Source: a virus (lineage: Duplodnaviria > Caudoviricetes). Taken from it: a stretch of DNA of 64,000 bases. The position numbers were made by a program, and so were the translations under genes. Shown here piece by piece: positions 1 through 9,933 of the stretch. How positions within the stretch are numbered: the stretch's first letter is position 1; each line of letters opens with the position of its first letter. Location: positions 1 through 64,000 of IMG/VR virus record IMGVR_UViG_3300025708_000007, one strand, 5' to 3'. The notes below the pieces were generated by a model that saw only the letters and a list, made by a program, of their open reading frames with translations, had not been told where the DNA came from and did not search any database.

Positions 1-108
1 GCGAATATCAAGCAATTTTTTATCATATAATACCAACATTATCGCCATATAATGTTGGCGATAGAATATTACAAATACAGTTGAGAAATAGAAAAAACAT
101 AAATTTTA

Positions 109-363
109 TTGAAGCCGAAGAACTTTCCAAAACAACACGTGGTGAAGGGGGATTCGGACATACAGGAAAATGACATGGAAGAATTTGATTTAAAAGAAGT
201 TAATCCAAAAGAACTTTTTGGAGAGCAAGAACCTAACGTTTATTTGTATAATAATCATAAAAATAATGTTGTAATCACATCAGGCATGAAATGGTATACA
301 AGACTGTGGTATTTAATCAGTAATCCATTTGTCTATCTTTTTACAGGAAAAATACGTTATTAA
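109..363 (+). CDS. hypothetical protein
   Basis: 84-aa ORF, first of a tightly packed + strand run; no recognised motif. Confidence 0.6.
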   Translation: MKPKNFPKQHVVKGDSDIQENDMEEFDLKEVNPKELFGEQEPNVYLYNNHKNNVVITSGMKWYTRLWYLISNPFVYLFTGKIRY

Positions 364-365
364 AT

Positions 366-650
366 ATGGAAAATTGGAATTATCAAAACCCCGCAAATGA
401 CCCAACAGCACAGGCTGATTGGAATCAAACACTTGTTACAAAATTTAATAAAATTGTAGCAGAAAATAACATGGAAATGCGTCCAGTGCATATTTACGCA
501 CCAATAAAATTTAAATCGTTATTTAAAACTTTAGTGTTTTATAATGATGAGGAACTAACAATCGGTGATAAATATGTTGTTTCTTATATGAATGAAAACA
601 ATAATATTGTTAATATTGGGCAAGAAGAAATGGAAATCATAAATTATTAA
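366..650 (+). CDS. small protein resembling part of the major capsid protein
   Basis: DWNQTLVTK is identical to a segment of the MCP at 8258..9913, with further weak collinear similarity. Confidence 0.65.
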   Translation: MENWNYQNPANDPTAQADWNQTLVTKFNKIVAENNMEMRPVHIYAPIKFKSLFKTLVFYNDEELTIGDKYVVSYMNENNNIVNIGQEEMEIINY

Positions 651-669
651 TAATTTTATTTAAAACAAT

Positions 670-867
670 TTGATTATGAAGGGTACAACTGGAATCAAAA
701 TTAGAAGAGAAGGTGCAAAGCAGAGACTTGAAGCACAACTCAAAAGTAACGTGAAACGTGAAAAAGTTAATGGTAAAACAACCGATAATTTTATACCATT
801 AACAACTGGCGATATTGCACGCATTAATCGTGAACTTGATGCAATAAACAATCCAAAGAAAAAATAA
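670..867 (+). CDS. hypothetical basic protein
   Basis: 65-aa ORF in operon-like spacing. Confidence 0.6.
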   Translation: MIMKGTTGIKIRREGAKQRLEAQLKSNVKREKVNGKTTDNFIPLTTGDIARINRELDAINNPKKK

Positions 868-873
868 AATATT

Positions 874-1203
874 ATGAAAGAATTATTTAAAAGACAGTTA
901 GAGGAAAATAATCTTGTAACTGAAGAAATGTTGAAAAATATAAAAATCAAAACCTATAAAAATGGTAATGAAATTAAAATTGGTGATAAAGTTCTATATG
1001 CATTACTTACAGATATGTCTGAAGAGCAAATAAAAGCAAAAACCTATTTTTCCGACATTCCAATGGAAAGAAAAGAAGAACCCCATGAAATTTCGCTTGA
1101 ATTAATCACATTAAATGAAAATCAATTCGATTTATATACTTATGATAATAGGCTTCAAGATAAAACAAACAAAAAAAGTTTACCAATTATTCGATTAAAA
1201 TAG
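874..1203 (+). CDS. hypothetical protein
   Basis: 109-aa ORF, operon spacing. Confidence 0.65.
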   Translation: MKELFKRQLEENNLVTEEMLKNIKIKTYKNGNEIKIGDKVLYALLTDMSEEQIKAKTYFSDIPMERKEEPHEISLELITLNENQFDLYTYDNRLQDKTNKKSLPIIRLK

Positions 1204-1212
1204 TGATAAATA

Positions 1213-1440
1213 ATGAAAGACAAAATTATAATCATTAGTTGCGAATTAAAAAACGCAAAAGATGATATTTTGATTGAAAAGAATGATGACCCGGTATTAA
1301 TCCGGGCAATGAATGAGTTTGGTAAAGGATTGAAAAAAAATAATATTGAGATTTGGGAACAACATGATAATATCATCATTGCTGAAGACGGTTATTATCT
1401 TGCAATTTATCCCGATAGAATAAAAGAAGTTGTTAAATGA
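1213..1440 (+). CDS. hypothetical protein
   Basis: 75-aa ORF whose stop overlaps the thyA start (ATGA). Confidence 0.65.
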   Translation: MKDKIIIISCELKNAKDDILIEKNDDPVLIRAMNEFGKGLKKNNIEIWEQHDNIIIAEDGYYLAIYPDRIKEVVK

Positions 1441-2495
1441 AACAATACTTAGACGTATTACATGATATCCTCGCCAATGGCAGAGAGAAGGAATCTGGCA
1501 GAGCCAATATGCCAAATACTATTGGTTTATCACGTGCAACCATTTTAATGGAAGACATATATGTAAATTTTCCATTACTCACAACCAAGAAAATGTTCTG
1601 GAAAGGAATTGTTGAAGAACTTTTATGGTTTTTACGTGGAGAAACAAACATAAAACCACTTGTTGATAAAGGTGTGAATATTTGGAATGGTGATGCTTAT
1701 CGTTGGTATAAAGACCATTATGTACCATTGGGTGCACCGCCAATGACAATGGAAGAATTTCTTGAAATGGTAAAAGCAGGTCAAAGTGTAACTGTAAGTG
1801 ACCCACAAAATCCACATCCATATGATAAATATAAAAATTATTATTATGGTGACTTGGATAAAGTTTACGGCTATCAATGGCGTAATCAAAATGGTGTTGA
1901 CCAAATCAAGGATATTTATGAAGATTTGAAGAAAAATCCATACGGAAGGTATAAAATATTGGATGCATGGAACAAAAAAGACTTTCCTGAAATGGCTTTA
2001 CCGCCTTGTCATTTGCTTTATCAGTTTATTGTGAGACCGATGACAATAGTGGAAAGATTGGAATTCTATGAGCCAGAACGATTAACTTTTGATGAATCCG
2101 AAGAAAGACACGAATATTTAGATGCATTAAATGTCCCAAAATATTTTCTTGATATGAATATGTATCAGCGTAGTTGTGATACGTTTCTTGGTGTTCCATT
2201 TAATCTTGCTTCAATGTCACTATTACTTCTGATTATGGCAAAAGCCGTTGGAATGGTTGCTGGTGATGCGTTTTGGATTGGTGGTGATACACATTTATAT
2301 GTTAATCATATTCCAATGGTTAATGAGCAATTGTCAAGAGAACCAAAAGATTTGCCACGAATAGTAGTAAAGAAAGAACTCAATTCATTTGAAGACATAT
2401 TGACATTAAAATATGAAGATTTTGAGTTGATTGGATATAATGACCCACATCCTGCAATTAAGGCTGAGTTATTTACCGGATTCAAAAAATTATAA
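1437..2495 (+). CDS. thyA: thymidylate synthase
   Basis: MALPPCH catalytic Cys motif, YQRSCDTFLGVPFN, GDTHLYVNH, LLTTKKMFWK. Confidence 0.97.
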   Translation: MKQYLDVLHDILANGREKESGRANMPNTIGLSRATILMEDIYVNFPLLTTKKMFWKGIVEELLWFLRGETNIKPLVDKGVNIWNGDAYRWYKDHYVPLGAPPMTMEEFLEMVKAGQSVTVSDPQNPHPYDKYKNYYYGDLDKVYGYQWRNQNGVDQIKDIYEDLKKNPYGRYKILDAWNKKDFPEMALPPCHLLYQFIVRPMTIVERLEFYEPERLTFDESEERHEYLDALNVPKYFLDMNMYQRSCDTFLGVPFNLASMSLLLLIMAKAVGMVAGDAFWIGGDTHLYVNHIPMVNEQLSREPKDLPRIVVKKELNSFEDILTLKYEDFELIGYNDPHPAIKAELFTGFKKL

Positions 2496-2502
2496 CTTTT
2501 GA

Positions 2503-2742
2503 ATGATTATATTATACATAGCAATTGGTTTTTTAGCAATAATCGTATTGTTGCAAGCAATGGCATTGTATTATTTTGTCAGAAAAAGTACATATATTTC
2601 TGACAAGGAAAAAGAATTTATTACATTTGTGATTGATATTTTTTCTGAATACGGTGATGATTTGGGTATACAATCCAAAGACGAGCACGAAAAAATTGTT
2701 AAGGAACTTGATAAAATAAAAAAGAAACACTTACGAAAATGA
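2503..2742 (+). CDS. hypothetical membrane protein
   Basis: N-terminal hydrophobic helix IIILYIAIGFLAIIVLLQAMALYYF. Confidence 0.65.
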   Translation: MIILYIAIGFLAIIVLLQAMALYYFVRKSTYISDKEKEFITFVIDIFSEYGDDLGIQSKDEHEKIVKELDKIKKKHLRK

Positions 2743-3014
2743 GAAAACTCGAACAAATTATTGAATGGTATCCAGATGAAGAATTTCTTTCTGCTGATGG
2801 GTTTGAAGAAGCACTGATTGGTGTTGCATACGATAAAATAAAAGGCACGCATGTGCTTGTTTATTCCAGAATGAAATGTATTGAAATTCTCATTGAAAGG
2901 GATAAAATGAGCAAAGAAGAAGCTGAAGAATATTTCGATTTCAATGTAGAAGGTGCGTACATGGGTGAAAAAACCCCAATATATGTTGATGATTTAATGT
3001 TCTTTGAGGAATAA
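2739..3014 (+). CDS. conserved phage hypothetical protein
   Basis: ADGFEEALIG...EEAEEYFDFNVEGAYMGEKTP resembles a small protein common in aquatic phages (recollection, not searched). Confidence 0.7.
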   Translation: MRKLEQIIEWYPDEEFLSADGFEEALIGVAYDKIKGTHVLVYSRMKCIEILIERDKMSKEEAEEYFDFNVEGAYMGEKTPIYVDDLMFFEE

Positions 3015-3029
3015 AAAAACAATAAAAAT

Positions 3030-3062
3030 AGGGGGGTCGTGAAAACGACCCTTCCCTTTTTA
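3030..3062. terminator. bidirectional intrinsic terminator
   Basis: GGGTCGT-GAAA-ACGACCC hairpin flanked by A and T runs between convergent genes. Confidence 0.75.
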
Positions 3063-3087
3063 TTGTTTAATTTGACGTGATTTCTAA

Positions 3088-3225
3088 TTAAAGAACTTTA
3101 ACTGTCATTTCTTCGTTTGAAACCAAAATTGCTGCCAATGCTGCTGCAATAGCTGCTGCATCTGTAAGACCAGTTTCGTTTACGCCTGTTCTAAGGAACA
3201 ATCTAAGAGTTTTCTGTGTTAACAT
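3088..3225 (-). CDS. 45-aa Ala-rich small protein (below ORF-track cutoff)
   Basis: MLTQKTLRLFLRTGVNETGLTDAAAIAAALAAILVSNEEMTVKVL; AGTATTTATA motif (rc at 3259-3268) upstream. Confidence 0.55.
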   Translation of the reverse strand: MLTQKTLRLFLRTGVNETGLTDAAAIAAALAAILVSNEEMTVKVL

Positions 3226-3297
3226 AGCTTTATTGTTTTAATGTAATGTTATTTTTAATATAAATACTGAAAAGAACTTAAACCACCGGAATAAAAG

Positions 3298-3849
3298 TTA
3301 ATTTCCTTTCGTTTCACTTAAAAAAGGAACAACGTCCTCTTTTACAGGTATTCCAACAACAACTTTCCAATATGGTTTAAAGCCACCAATTGTTTTTTTG
3401 GTTTCATCGGTTACATTATTGGCACTTTCCACTTCATAATACCTGCTCTTTTCTCCGCTCATGTTGTATTCAATAATATCACCCCTGTCAATTTCGATTT
3501 GTTTTTCTTCCAATTCTTTAAGATAAATTCCAAATCTTATATTTCCTGCATCATCACGTGCAATACCACCCGGATTCCCACCATAATTTTCTTGTTTACC
3601 GTCTTCAACAGTAACCATAACCTTCAGTCTTACAGGGGCAAAAAACTTCTTGTCTTTAGTTTTGGTTTGACCATATAATGCGTGTGACTTAGATTCAATT
3701 ATATTAATCTTGTGTAATATAACTTCCTGTGCATTATCTGTTTCGAGATAATTTCTACCGTACATTACATCCAAATCGAAAGAATTGTCAGTCATGAACA
3801 AACCCATTCTTTGACTTTCAAGGTCTATAAGTTGTTTTTTCTTTTTCAT
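3298..3849 (-). CDS. putative neck/head-completion protein (gp14-like)
   Basis: LYG motif and IDRGDII..YYEV beta-rich C-terminus; lies two genes from a gp13-like gene. Confidence 0.45.
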   Translation of the reverse strand: MKKKKQLIDLESQRMGLFMTDNSFDLDVMYGRNYLETDNAQEVILHKINIIESKSHALYGQTKTKDKKFFAPVRLKVMVTVEDGKQENYGGNPGGIARDDAGNIRFGIYLKELEEKQIEIDRGDIIEYNMSGEKSRYYEVESANNVTDETKKTIGGFKPYWKVVVGIPVKEDVVPFLSETKGN

Positions 3850-4688
3850 TAGTCAATTATTTTAAAACCTTCAACTTCAAGCGAATTTATCCCATCAACA
3901 AAACTTTGATATTGCCTGTCAATCGCCCAATCAGGTACATTTGACCTATCAACACCAGCTTCAATATCTTTTCTCACTCTTTGTTTTGCCACTTCCGGGT
4001 CAACACTAAATATTTTTGCAAATCCCTCAAATGGCTTATCTACATGAACTTTCATATAGTTCATAAGTCTTTTCCTATCTTCAGATTTTACATTTGTAGC
4101 ATCAAGAATTACGTTTTTACCGTTATTTAGTGCATCGGCAACTCTTTGAAATGCAAGTGCCCAAACTTGTCCATTTTTTGTTTGGTCAGAAATATTTCCG
4201 GTTAATTCCCTGCGAATATCGTCAGGAGATACAACAACAGTGTTGGCATCAGTATTTGCCTTAATCCACGTAGACTTACCACTACCAGAAATACCAACAG
4301 GGAGAAGTAATTTTGGTTTCCTTTCAATTTCAACTTCGCCTATTATTTCGTTTGGTGAATATTTATCTTCATATTTAATTCTCCAATTATATAATTTCTG
4401 AATGCCCCTACTATTAACCACACCGATTTTATCGTCAATGTTTATATTTTTCTTAATTATTTCTTTGGCACGCTCTAAAGTAAACTTCATAACGCTTGGG
4501 TCACTGTGTTTAACTCGATAATCACATGTTCCAAAACTGTCTTTCATTACTCCACTCAAAGAAGTAATGAAACATTTTCCACCGTGACCTATTCTAAAAA
4601 TTGCCCATGTGTTATCTTCAGGTGATTGGAATTCAGGATTAAGTTTTTCCATTACCTCAAAAAGTCGTTGTTTACTGTCTTTTTTCAT
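3849..4688 (-). CDS. P-loop kinase (AAA_33 / polynucleotide-kinase-like) with N-terminal RLFEVM leader
   Basis: GISGSGKST Walker A, VSPDDIRREL, VILDATN, RxxxR lid region. Confidence 0.8.
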   Translation of the reverse strand: MKKDSKQRLFEVMEKLNPEFQSPEDNTWAIFRIGHGGKCFITSLSGVMKDSFGTCDYRVKHSDPSVMKFTLERAKEIIKKNINIDDKIGVVNSRGIQKLYNWRIKYEDKYSPNEIIGEVEIERKPKLLLPVGISGSGKSTWIKANTDANTVVVSPDDIRRELTGNISDQTKNGQVWALAFQRVADALNNGKNVILDATNVKSEDRKRLMNYMKVHVDKPFEGFAKIFSVDPEVAKQRVRKDIEAGVDRSNVPDWAIDRQYQSFVDGINSLEVEGFKIID

Positions 4689-4689
4689 A

Positions 4690-5808
4690 TTAAATTGCTA
4701 TAATTGGGAACATTGGCGGTTGGTAGCCACGTTCTTTGTTAACGTTTTCAGCTATTTTAGCACGAATCTCTGTCATATTTTCCTGACTTAATTTTTCCAA
4801 CTGGTCAAGAATAATTTTTTCAGTATCTTCTTTTAATTTTGTTCCTTCTTCAAGCAAATGGCGATAATCCATTGTCAATTGCTTTTCAGTAACGCCAAGT
4901 TCACCACTGTAAAACCCTCTTATTCCACCAATAACAATTTTTACTTGCGCAATAAGAAGATTTCTTATTTGTTGTTGTGCAACATCATTCATTTTACCCC
5001 ATTCCAAAACCTTTGTTGGCGGGTCTGATGGTAATCTGACAACATCACTGTTTTCTTCCATACATTTATCTCTATCGTTAATGTTTGTGTCATAATACCA
5101 ATACCAAACTTTTCTACCAGCCATATGCTTACCCCATACACCTTGAATTTCATCACGTGAACCGGGTATTGGGTACAAATGTAATACTTTTTCTCCACTT
5201 GCCAAACCAGTAACACGATATGTTAATATTGATTGTAAAACTCTTTGCTTCATTCTTCTATCCTGTGCAGTTAAAAGAGTTGAAAATGTGGGTTGTACAT
5301 ACATTGCTGGACGACCAAGATATGACCAGCCAACCATGCCCGGACTCCAAGCATTTAATGCGAATGGGTCAACTAAGCCACCATCTATTTCTGGCGGTGT
5401 TTCCCACAAAACTTCATTAATTTCTCTACCAGCAGGTATAATATAATGCTGTGTATTTGCTTGTGTAACAATGAAATCACGCTTTAATTCCCAACCAGTT
5501 GCTGCAGGTGCGTTTGTTCCTAAACCAACTTGACGTGAATAAGCATATGTAAATGATTCCATATAATGATTTGATTTAGTTGTAAAAGCAGAAAGAAAAT
5601 CGCTGCTTTCTTTACTTAAACCTTCAAGTCCAATCCATTGCTGTTGTATCAGCCAATTATTCACAATTGATGAATAATCTTCTATAACCATTTCAAGGTA
5701 AGAATCCATCATTTCATCCTTAATTTCAAATGGTCTGAGTGGATATCCCAACGCATGTTTAACCTTGAGATACAGTTTATTTTTATCAACAGTAGTTATT
5801 AATGCCAT
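4690..5808 (-). CDS. putative neck protein (gp13-like)
   Basis: KVKHALGYPLRPFEI N-terminus reminiscent of gp13 (LGxP); upstream GTATTTAT motif; near head genes. Confidence 0.5.
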   Translation of the reverse strand: MALITTVDKNKLYLKVKHALGYPLRPFEIKDEMMDSYLEMVIEDYSSIVNNWLIQQQWIGLEGLSKESSDFLSAFTTKSNHYMESFTYAYSRQVGLGTNAPAATGWELKRDFIVTQANTQHYIIPAGREINEVLWETPPEIDGGLVDPFALNAWSPGMVGWSYLGRPAMYVQPTFSTLLTAQDRRMKQRVLQSILTYRVTGLASGEKVLHLYPIPGSRDEIQGVWGKHMAGRKVWYWYYDTNINDRDKCMEENSDVVRLPSDPPTKVLEWGKMNDVAQQQIRNLLIAQVKIVIGGIRGFYSGELGVTEKQLTMDYRHLLEEGTKLKEDTEKIILDQLEKLSQENMTEIRAKIAENVNKERGYQPPMFPIIAI

Positions 5809-5856
5809 AATTATGCTTATTTCATATAAATACTAAAAAGTTTTTTTAAAAAATGG

Positions 5857-5887
5857 TTTGGTTCAATAGGAAATTTATGTATATTTG
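5857..5887 (+). promoter_or_regulatory. Bacteroidota sigma-A-type promoter
   Basis: TTTG-N19-TATATTTG. Confidence 0.75.
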
Positions 5888-5911
5888 TCAATTAATTAAC
5901 TCATAGTCAAA

Positions 5912-6388
5912 ATGCTCAAAATTGAATACGAAATTGTTTTGAATAAATCGGGCAGACCTTGTATTGGATTAACAAATCAATATGAAGATAAACCTGAAGA
6001 TAAGTTTTTTGCGCTTGAATTGACAAGATACGTTCTTGAAAATGTATATGCTCGTAGAAGCACACAATTTGACATGGAAACTGCCAAGCAAATTGACCAA
6101 GCAATTATACTACTTCAACAGGTTGGTGATGAAATAGCTGAGATTTTATGGCAAAACATGAAGTTTTTGGGAGATACATCATTGCTCTTTAATAAGACAT
6201 ATCATGTTCAAGTCAATACAATTGAAGAAAGAAACCAATTGGGTTTTGGTGGTATCTTGGCTGGTGATAAAATATATCTCAGGCAAGAAGGACTCAGGGT
6301 ACTTGTTACCGATGAAATGAAAATATATGAATTAAAAGGGGGAATTGATAACGAAAATTGGAGCGAAATTATTACACAGAAAATTTGA
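5912..6388 (+). CDS. hypothetical protein
   Basis: 158-aa ORF downstream of a host-type promoter. Confidence 0.75.
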   Translation: MLKIEYEIVLNKSGRPCIGLTNQYEDKPEDKFFALELTRYVLENVYARRSTQFDMETAKQIDQAIILLQQVGDEIAEILWQNMKFLGDTSLLFNKTYHVQVNTIEERNQLGFGGILAGDKIYLRQEGLRVLVTDEMKIYELKGGIDNENWSEIITQKI

Positions 6389-6392
6389 CACT

Positions 6393-7877
6393 ATGACAAA
6401 TAAGCCGACAGAAGAACAGGAAAGAATATTCTTGTTTGTTAAAAAAAGACCAGAAAATATTTTAATTAAAGCATATGCTGGTGCAGGAAAAACCACCACT
6501 ATTGTTGAAGCAGTAAAATTGTTGCCAAAAGACAAAAATATTATGTTCTTGGCATTTAACAAACATATTCAGGAAGAACTTAAAACCAAATTACCCGAAC
6601 ATGTTCGCTGCTATACGACATATGGACTTGGAACTGCAGCGATTAAAAGAAAATACGGAGATAAAATACATTTTGATGAATTTAAAATCGATAAAATCAT
6701 TCTTGCAAAATCAAAAAATTGGGATTTGCACGATGAATTTAAAAGTGATGAAGAAATACTTCTTTATCAAGATTCAATAAAAAAATTGGTTAATCTTTGT
6801 CGTCTAACATTAACATTAAAACCGGAATTCGTACCATATGTTGCCGAAAGATATGATATAAATATCAGTAAACCAAAGGATATAAAAAGAGTACTTAAAG
6901 TACTTGATGAAGCAACAAGCGATAGAAAAAGCTTCGATTATACCGATATGATTTATCTTCCAGCAGTTGATAATGGCATATGGATGTTTCCGCAGGATTA
7001 TGTGTTTGTTGATGAGGTTCAAGATTTGAACAGATGCCAAATCAAAATAATAGAAAAGGTCTTGAAAAAAGACAGGGTGAGTGGAAAACTTACTGGCAGA
7101 TTAATCACTGTCGGTGATTTTTTTCAAGGAATTTATGGATTTAATGCTGCCGATGAAAAATCATTTGAATGGTTCGAAAAATTTCCAAACACCAAAACAT
7201 TACCACTTTCAGTATCATTCAGATGCTCACAAAATGTAATAAAAAAAGCACAGGAAATTGTGCCGGATATTAAAGCACTTCCTGATGCACCGGACGGTGA
7301 AGTAAGGGATGGCGATGTGCTTACTGAAGCGCAGAGTGGCGACTTTGTACTTTGCAGAACTACGATGCCACTGGTGAAACTATTTTTCGAATTTCTCACT
7401 CAGAGAAAAAAAGCAATTATTAAGGGTTCGGACATAGGAATACAACTTATTGACCTAATCGGTAAAATTAACAATCTTCCAAAACTCGTTAATTTCTGGG
7501 AAAATGAGTTGGCTGAATTTCGTAAAGAGTTAAAATCAAGTGGTGTTATTAATCCACGTGAGCATAGTGGATATGTGGCACTTGAAGATAAAGTAACAAC
7601 TTTGTTATTCTTAGCAGGACTTTCGGACAGCGTGGAAGACCTTAAAAGTAAAATCAGAACAATTTTTACTGATGAAATACAGGGTATTTGTTTAAGTACC
7701 GTACACAAAATTAAAGGTTTGGAAGCAAATCGAGTATTTATAGTACGCCCGGACTTACTGCCAATGCAAAATACCAAATCTTGGCAATATATTCAAGAGA
7801 AGAATTTGGAATATGTGGCATATACAAGGGCAAAACTTGAATTAATTTTTGATAGAAATTGGACTGACGAATCTTAA
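6393..7877 (+). CDS. UvrD/Rep-family SF1 helicase
   Basis: AYAGAGKTTT, VFVDEVQD, TVGDFFQGIYGF, STVHKIKGLE, YVAYTRAK; ATG 6393 preferred over the track start 6345. Confidence 0.9.
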   Translation: MTNKPTEEQERIFLFVKKRPENILIKAYAGAGKTTTIVEAVKLLPKDKNIMFLAFNKHIQEELKTKLPEHVRCYTTYGLGTAAIKRKYGDKIHFDEFKIDKIILAKSKNWDLHDEFKSDEEILLYQDSIKKLVNLCRLTLTLKPEFVPYVAERYDINISKPKDIKRVLKVLDEATSDRKSFDYTDMIYLPAVDNGIWMFPQDYVFVDEVQDLNRCQIKIIEKVLKKDRVSGKLTGRLITVGDFFQGIYGFNAADEKSFEWFEKFPNTKTLPLSVSFRCSQNVIKKAQEIVPDIKALPDAPDGEVRDGDVLTEAQSGDFVLCRTTMPLVKLFFEFLTQRKKAIIKGSDIGIQLIDLIGKINNLPKLVNFWENELAEFRKELKSSGVINPREHSGYVALEDKVTTLLFLAGLSDSVEDLKSKIRTIFTDEIQGICLSTVHKIKGLEANRVFIVRPDLLPMQNTKSWQYIQEKNLEYVAYTRAKLELIFDRNWTDES

Positions 7878-7889
7878 TATCTTATAATT

Positions 7890-8210
7890 ATGGAATGGAC
7901 AATTAAAATTGAAGGAAATGAAGTTGATTTGGTAAGTGAGAAAAAACTTCCAATACCAAATCAAAGAATAGTGGTAAAATATGACCCGCAAAAAGATGAA
8001 ATCAAGTTCATGGGACAATATAAGCCACATAATAAAGAATGGACGGTTTTCAGTGAAGAATCATATTCAACAGAAATTGATTTGGAAAAGATTCAGGAAT
8101 TATTGTATAGAACATACAATAAAATGCGTGAACGAGTGAAGGTGTATGAGAATATTGCAGAAGGATTTAATGTAATTAAATTGATTCAAATACCTGAAGA
8201 AGAAGAATAA
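7890..8210 (+). CDS. hypothetical protein
   Basis: 106-aa ORF followed by a terminator. Confidence 0.7.
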   Translation: MEWTIKIEGNEVDLVSEKKLPIPNQRIVVKYDPQKDEIKFMGQYKPHNKEWTVFSEESYSTEIDLEKIQELLYRTYNKMRERVKVYENIAEGFNVIKLIQIPEEEE

Positions 8211-8240
8211 AAAAAAGGGACTGAATTCAGTCCCTTTTTT
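8211..8240. terminator. bidirectional intrinsic terminator
   Basis: perfect palindrome AAAAAAGGGACTGAATTCAGTCCCTTTTTT between convergent genes. Confidence 0.85.
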
Positions 8241-8257
8241 ACTTTATCGAGCATTGA

Positions 8258-9913
8258 TTACTTCAAGTCGCCAATTCCGAAGGTTGTTAAACCATCGCAG
8301 AAAATTCTACCGTAGTAACGGTTAAGAACCATTTTCTTTGCATAACGAGTCATGATACCACGAATCGGTGTGAAATCGAATGGGTTGTACATAACCGGAG
8401 TCAACTGCATTGGTACATAAGGAGCATAAATGTAACCAGTCTCAAGGATTGATGTACCTTTATGTCCGATAAGTACTGTGTTTGCAGGAGCATACGGGTC
8501 ACGGTATACGATGTAACGTCCGCTAAGTGTACCGATTTTTTCGATACCCATGTTGTACTTGTCCTGTTCAGGAGCAGCGTTGCTAACATGGAAGTATTCA
8601 AGGTCATCGAATACTGCACTTACTTCAGGAGATACAACTACCCATGAAGCACCACCACGAAGGGTAGCTTTGTGAATCTGTGCTGAAATCTGGTTAACTT
8701 TTGTTACCAATGTTTGATTCCAGTCTTTCTGAACACCGTAGTATCCAGTAGTCTGCTTACGAAGACCATTGTAGTCCCATCTTGTTGTCCAAGCAGCACC
8801 CCTTCTAAGGTCACGAAGGATTTCACGGTCAATTTCTGCAGCCATCTGTTCTGAAAGAAGAGCGGTTAACTCAGCTTCAGCGTCAATGTTGTGGAATGCA
8901 CTAACGTCCTGTGCAAGTTCAGGTGTCCACATAGCACGCATTTTACGTGTTTCTACAGATACTGTAACTTGGTCAAGTACGAAAGTAACTTCAGCCATTT
9001 TTGAATCTTCTTCAAGGTCGCTGTATACCCTGTATGCATAGCTGAAAGTAGTTGCACTTGTAGCACCACTCAAAGCCTGATAGCCGTCAGTTCCCGGATA
9101 TGTTAAGTCAGCTACTACAACAACATCGCCAGTTTTGCTAACGATACCCTGTCCGTATTTCTGAACTTTTACATTGAAAGGAATAACTGAACTTGCAGGA
9201 ATTGAATCAGCAGCAGTAGGAGCATCCAAATTAGTGTCTGCGAAAATCCTCAAACCAGCAAGGAATGATTCGGTATCCAAAGGAACACCAGCAGGACCGA
9301 TAAGTTTACCATCGTTTGATGTACTGAAACCAGAAATGGTTAAAGTAACGAATTTACCAGTTGTATCAAGAACTGCTGCGCAGTCACCTGTTATAACGGT
9401 AATTTCACCCTTTGAACGGTCAAACAATGAATAACCTTCGTCATTATATTCGGTTGCATAGAATGCATCGTATAATGAACGAGTTTCGAACTGAGTTCTT
9501 GCTGATAAAGCAAGGTCAGCAGCATTACCATAAGCACCATTAGGTGAAGTATGCTCAAGACCAGCCGGAGCAACCCTAACAGAAGTCTTAGGATTGATGA
9601 AGTACAACTTACCGATAGGCAAGTTTAAAGCCTGTACTGAAACGATGTCGTTTGCAAGTAATTTTGCAAATACCCTACGAATTACAGGGAATGCAACAGT
9701 TTCGAACTGACCTGAACTTGCAGAATCAGTTGATTCGTTAATCATGTAAGATAACTGATTTTCGAAAAGCTGTGCGCAGTTTTCTTTTACGTTACCTTCA
9801 AGACCTTCCAACAAACCGATTTTTTCCCAACGGTTGGTTGTTATTTCTCTTTGTTCACGAAGTTGTTTTAATCCAATATTACCAACTTCGGCACTTTCCA
9901 TTAAAAATCCCAT
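8258..9913 (-). CDS. major capsid protein (T4 gp23-like)
   Basis: VQALNLPIGKLY, RKMRAMWTPELAQD, DAEAELTALLSEQMAAEIDREIL, YAPYVP, PIRGIMTRY. Confidence 0.95.
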   Translation of the reverse strand: MGFLMESAEVGNIGLKQLREQREITTNRWEKIGLLEGLEGNVKENCAQLFENQLSYMINESTDSASSGQFETVAFPVIRRVFAKLLANDIVSVQALNLPIGKLYFINPKTSVRVAPAGLEHTSPNGAYGNAADLALSARTQFETRSLYDAFYATEYNDEGYSLFDRSKGEITVITGDCAAVLDTTGKFVTLTISGFSTSNDGKLIGPAGVPLDTESFLAGLRIFADTNLDAPTAADSIPASSVIPFNVKVQKYGQGIVSKTGDVVVVADLTYPGTDGYQALSGATSATTFSYAYRVYSDLEEDSKMAEVTFVLDQVTVSVETRKMRAMWTPELAQDVSAFHNIDAEAELTALLSEQMAAEIDREILRDLRRGAAWTTRWDYNGLRKQTTGYYGVQKDWNQTLVTKVNQISAQIHKATLRGGASWVVVSPEVSAVFDDLEYFHVSNAAPEQDKYNMGIEKIGTLSGRYIVYRDPYAPANTVLIGHKGTSILETGYIYAPYVPMQLTPVMYNPFDFTPIRGIMTRYAKKMVLNRYYGRIFCDGLTTFGIGDLK

Positions 9914-9933
9914 TGTATTAATGTTTTATTTAA

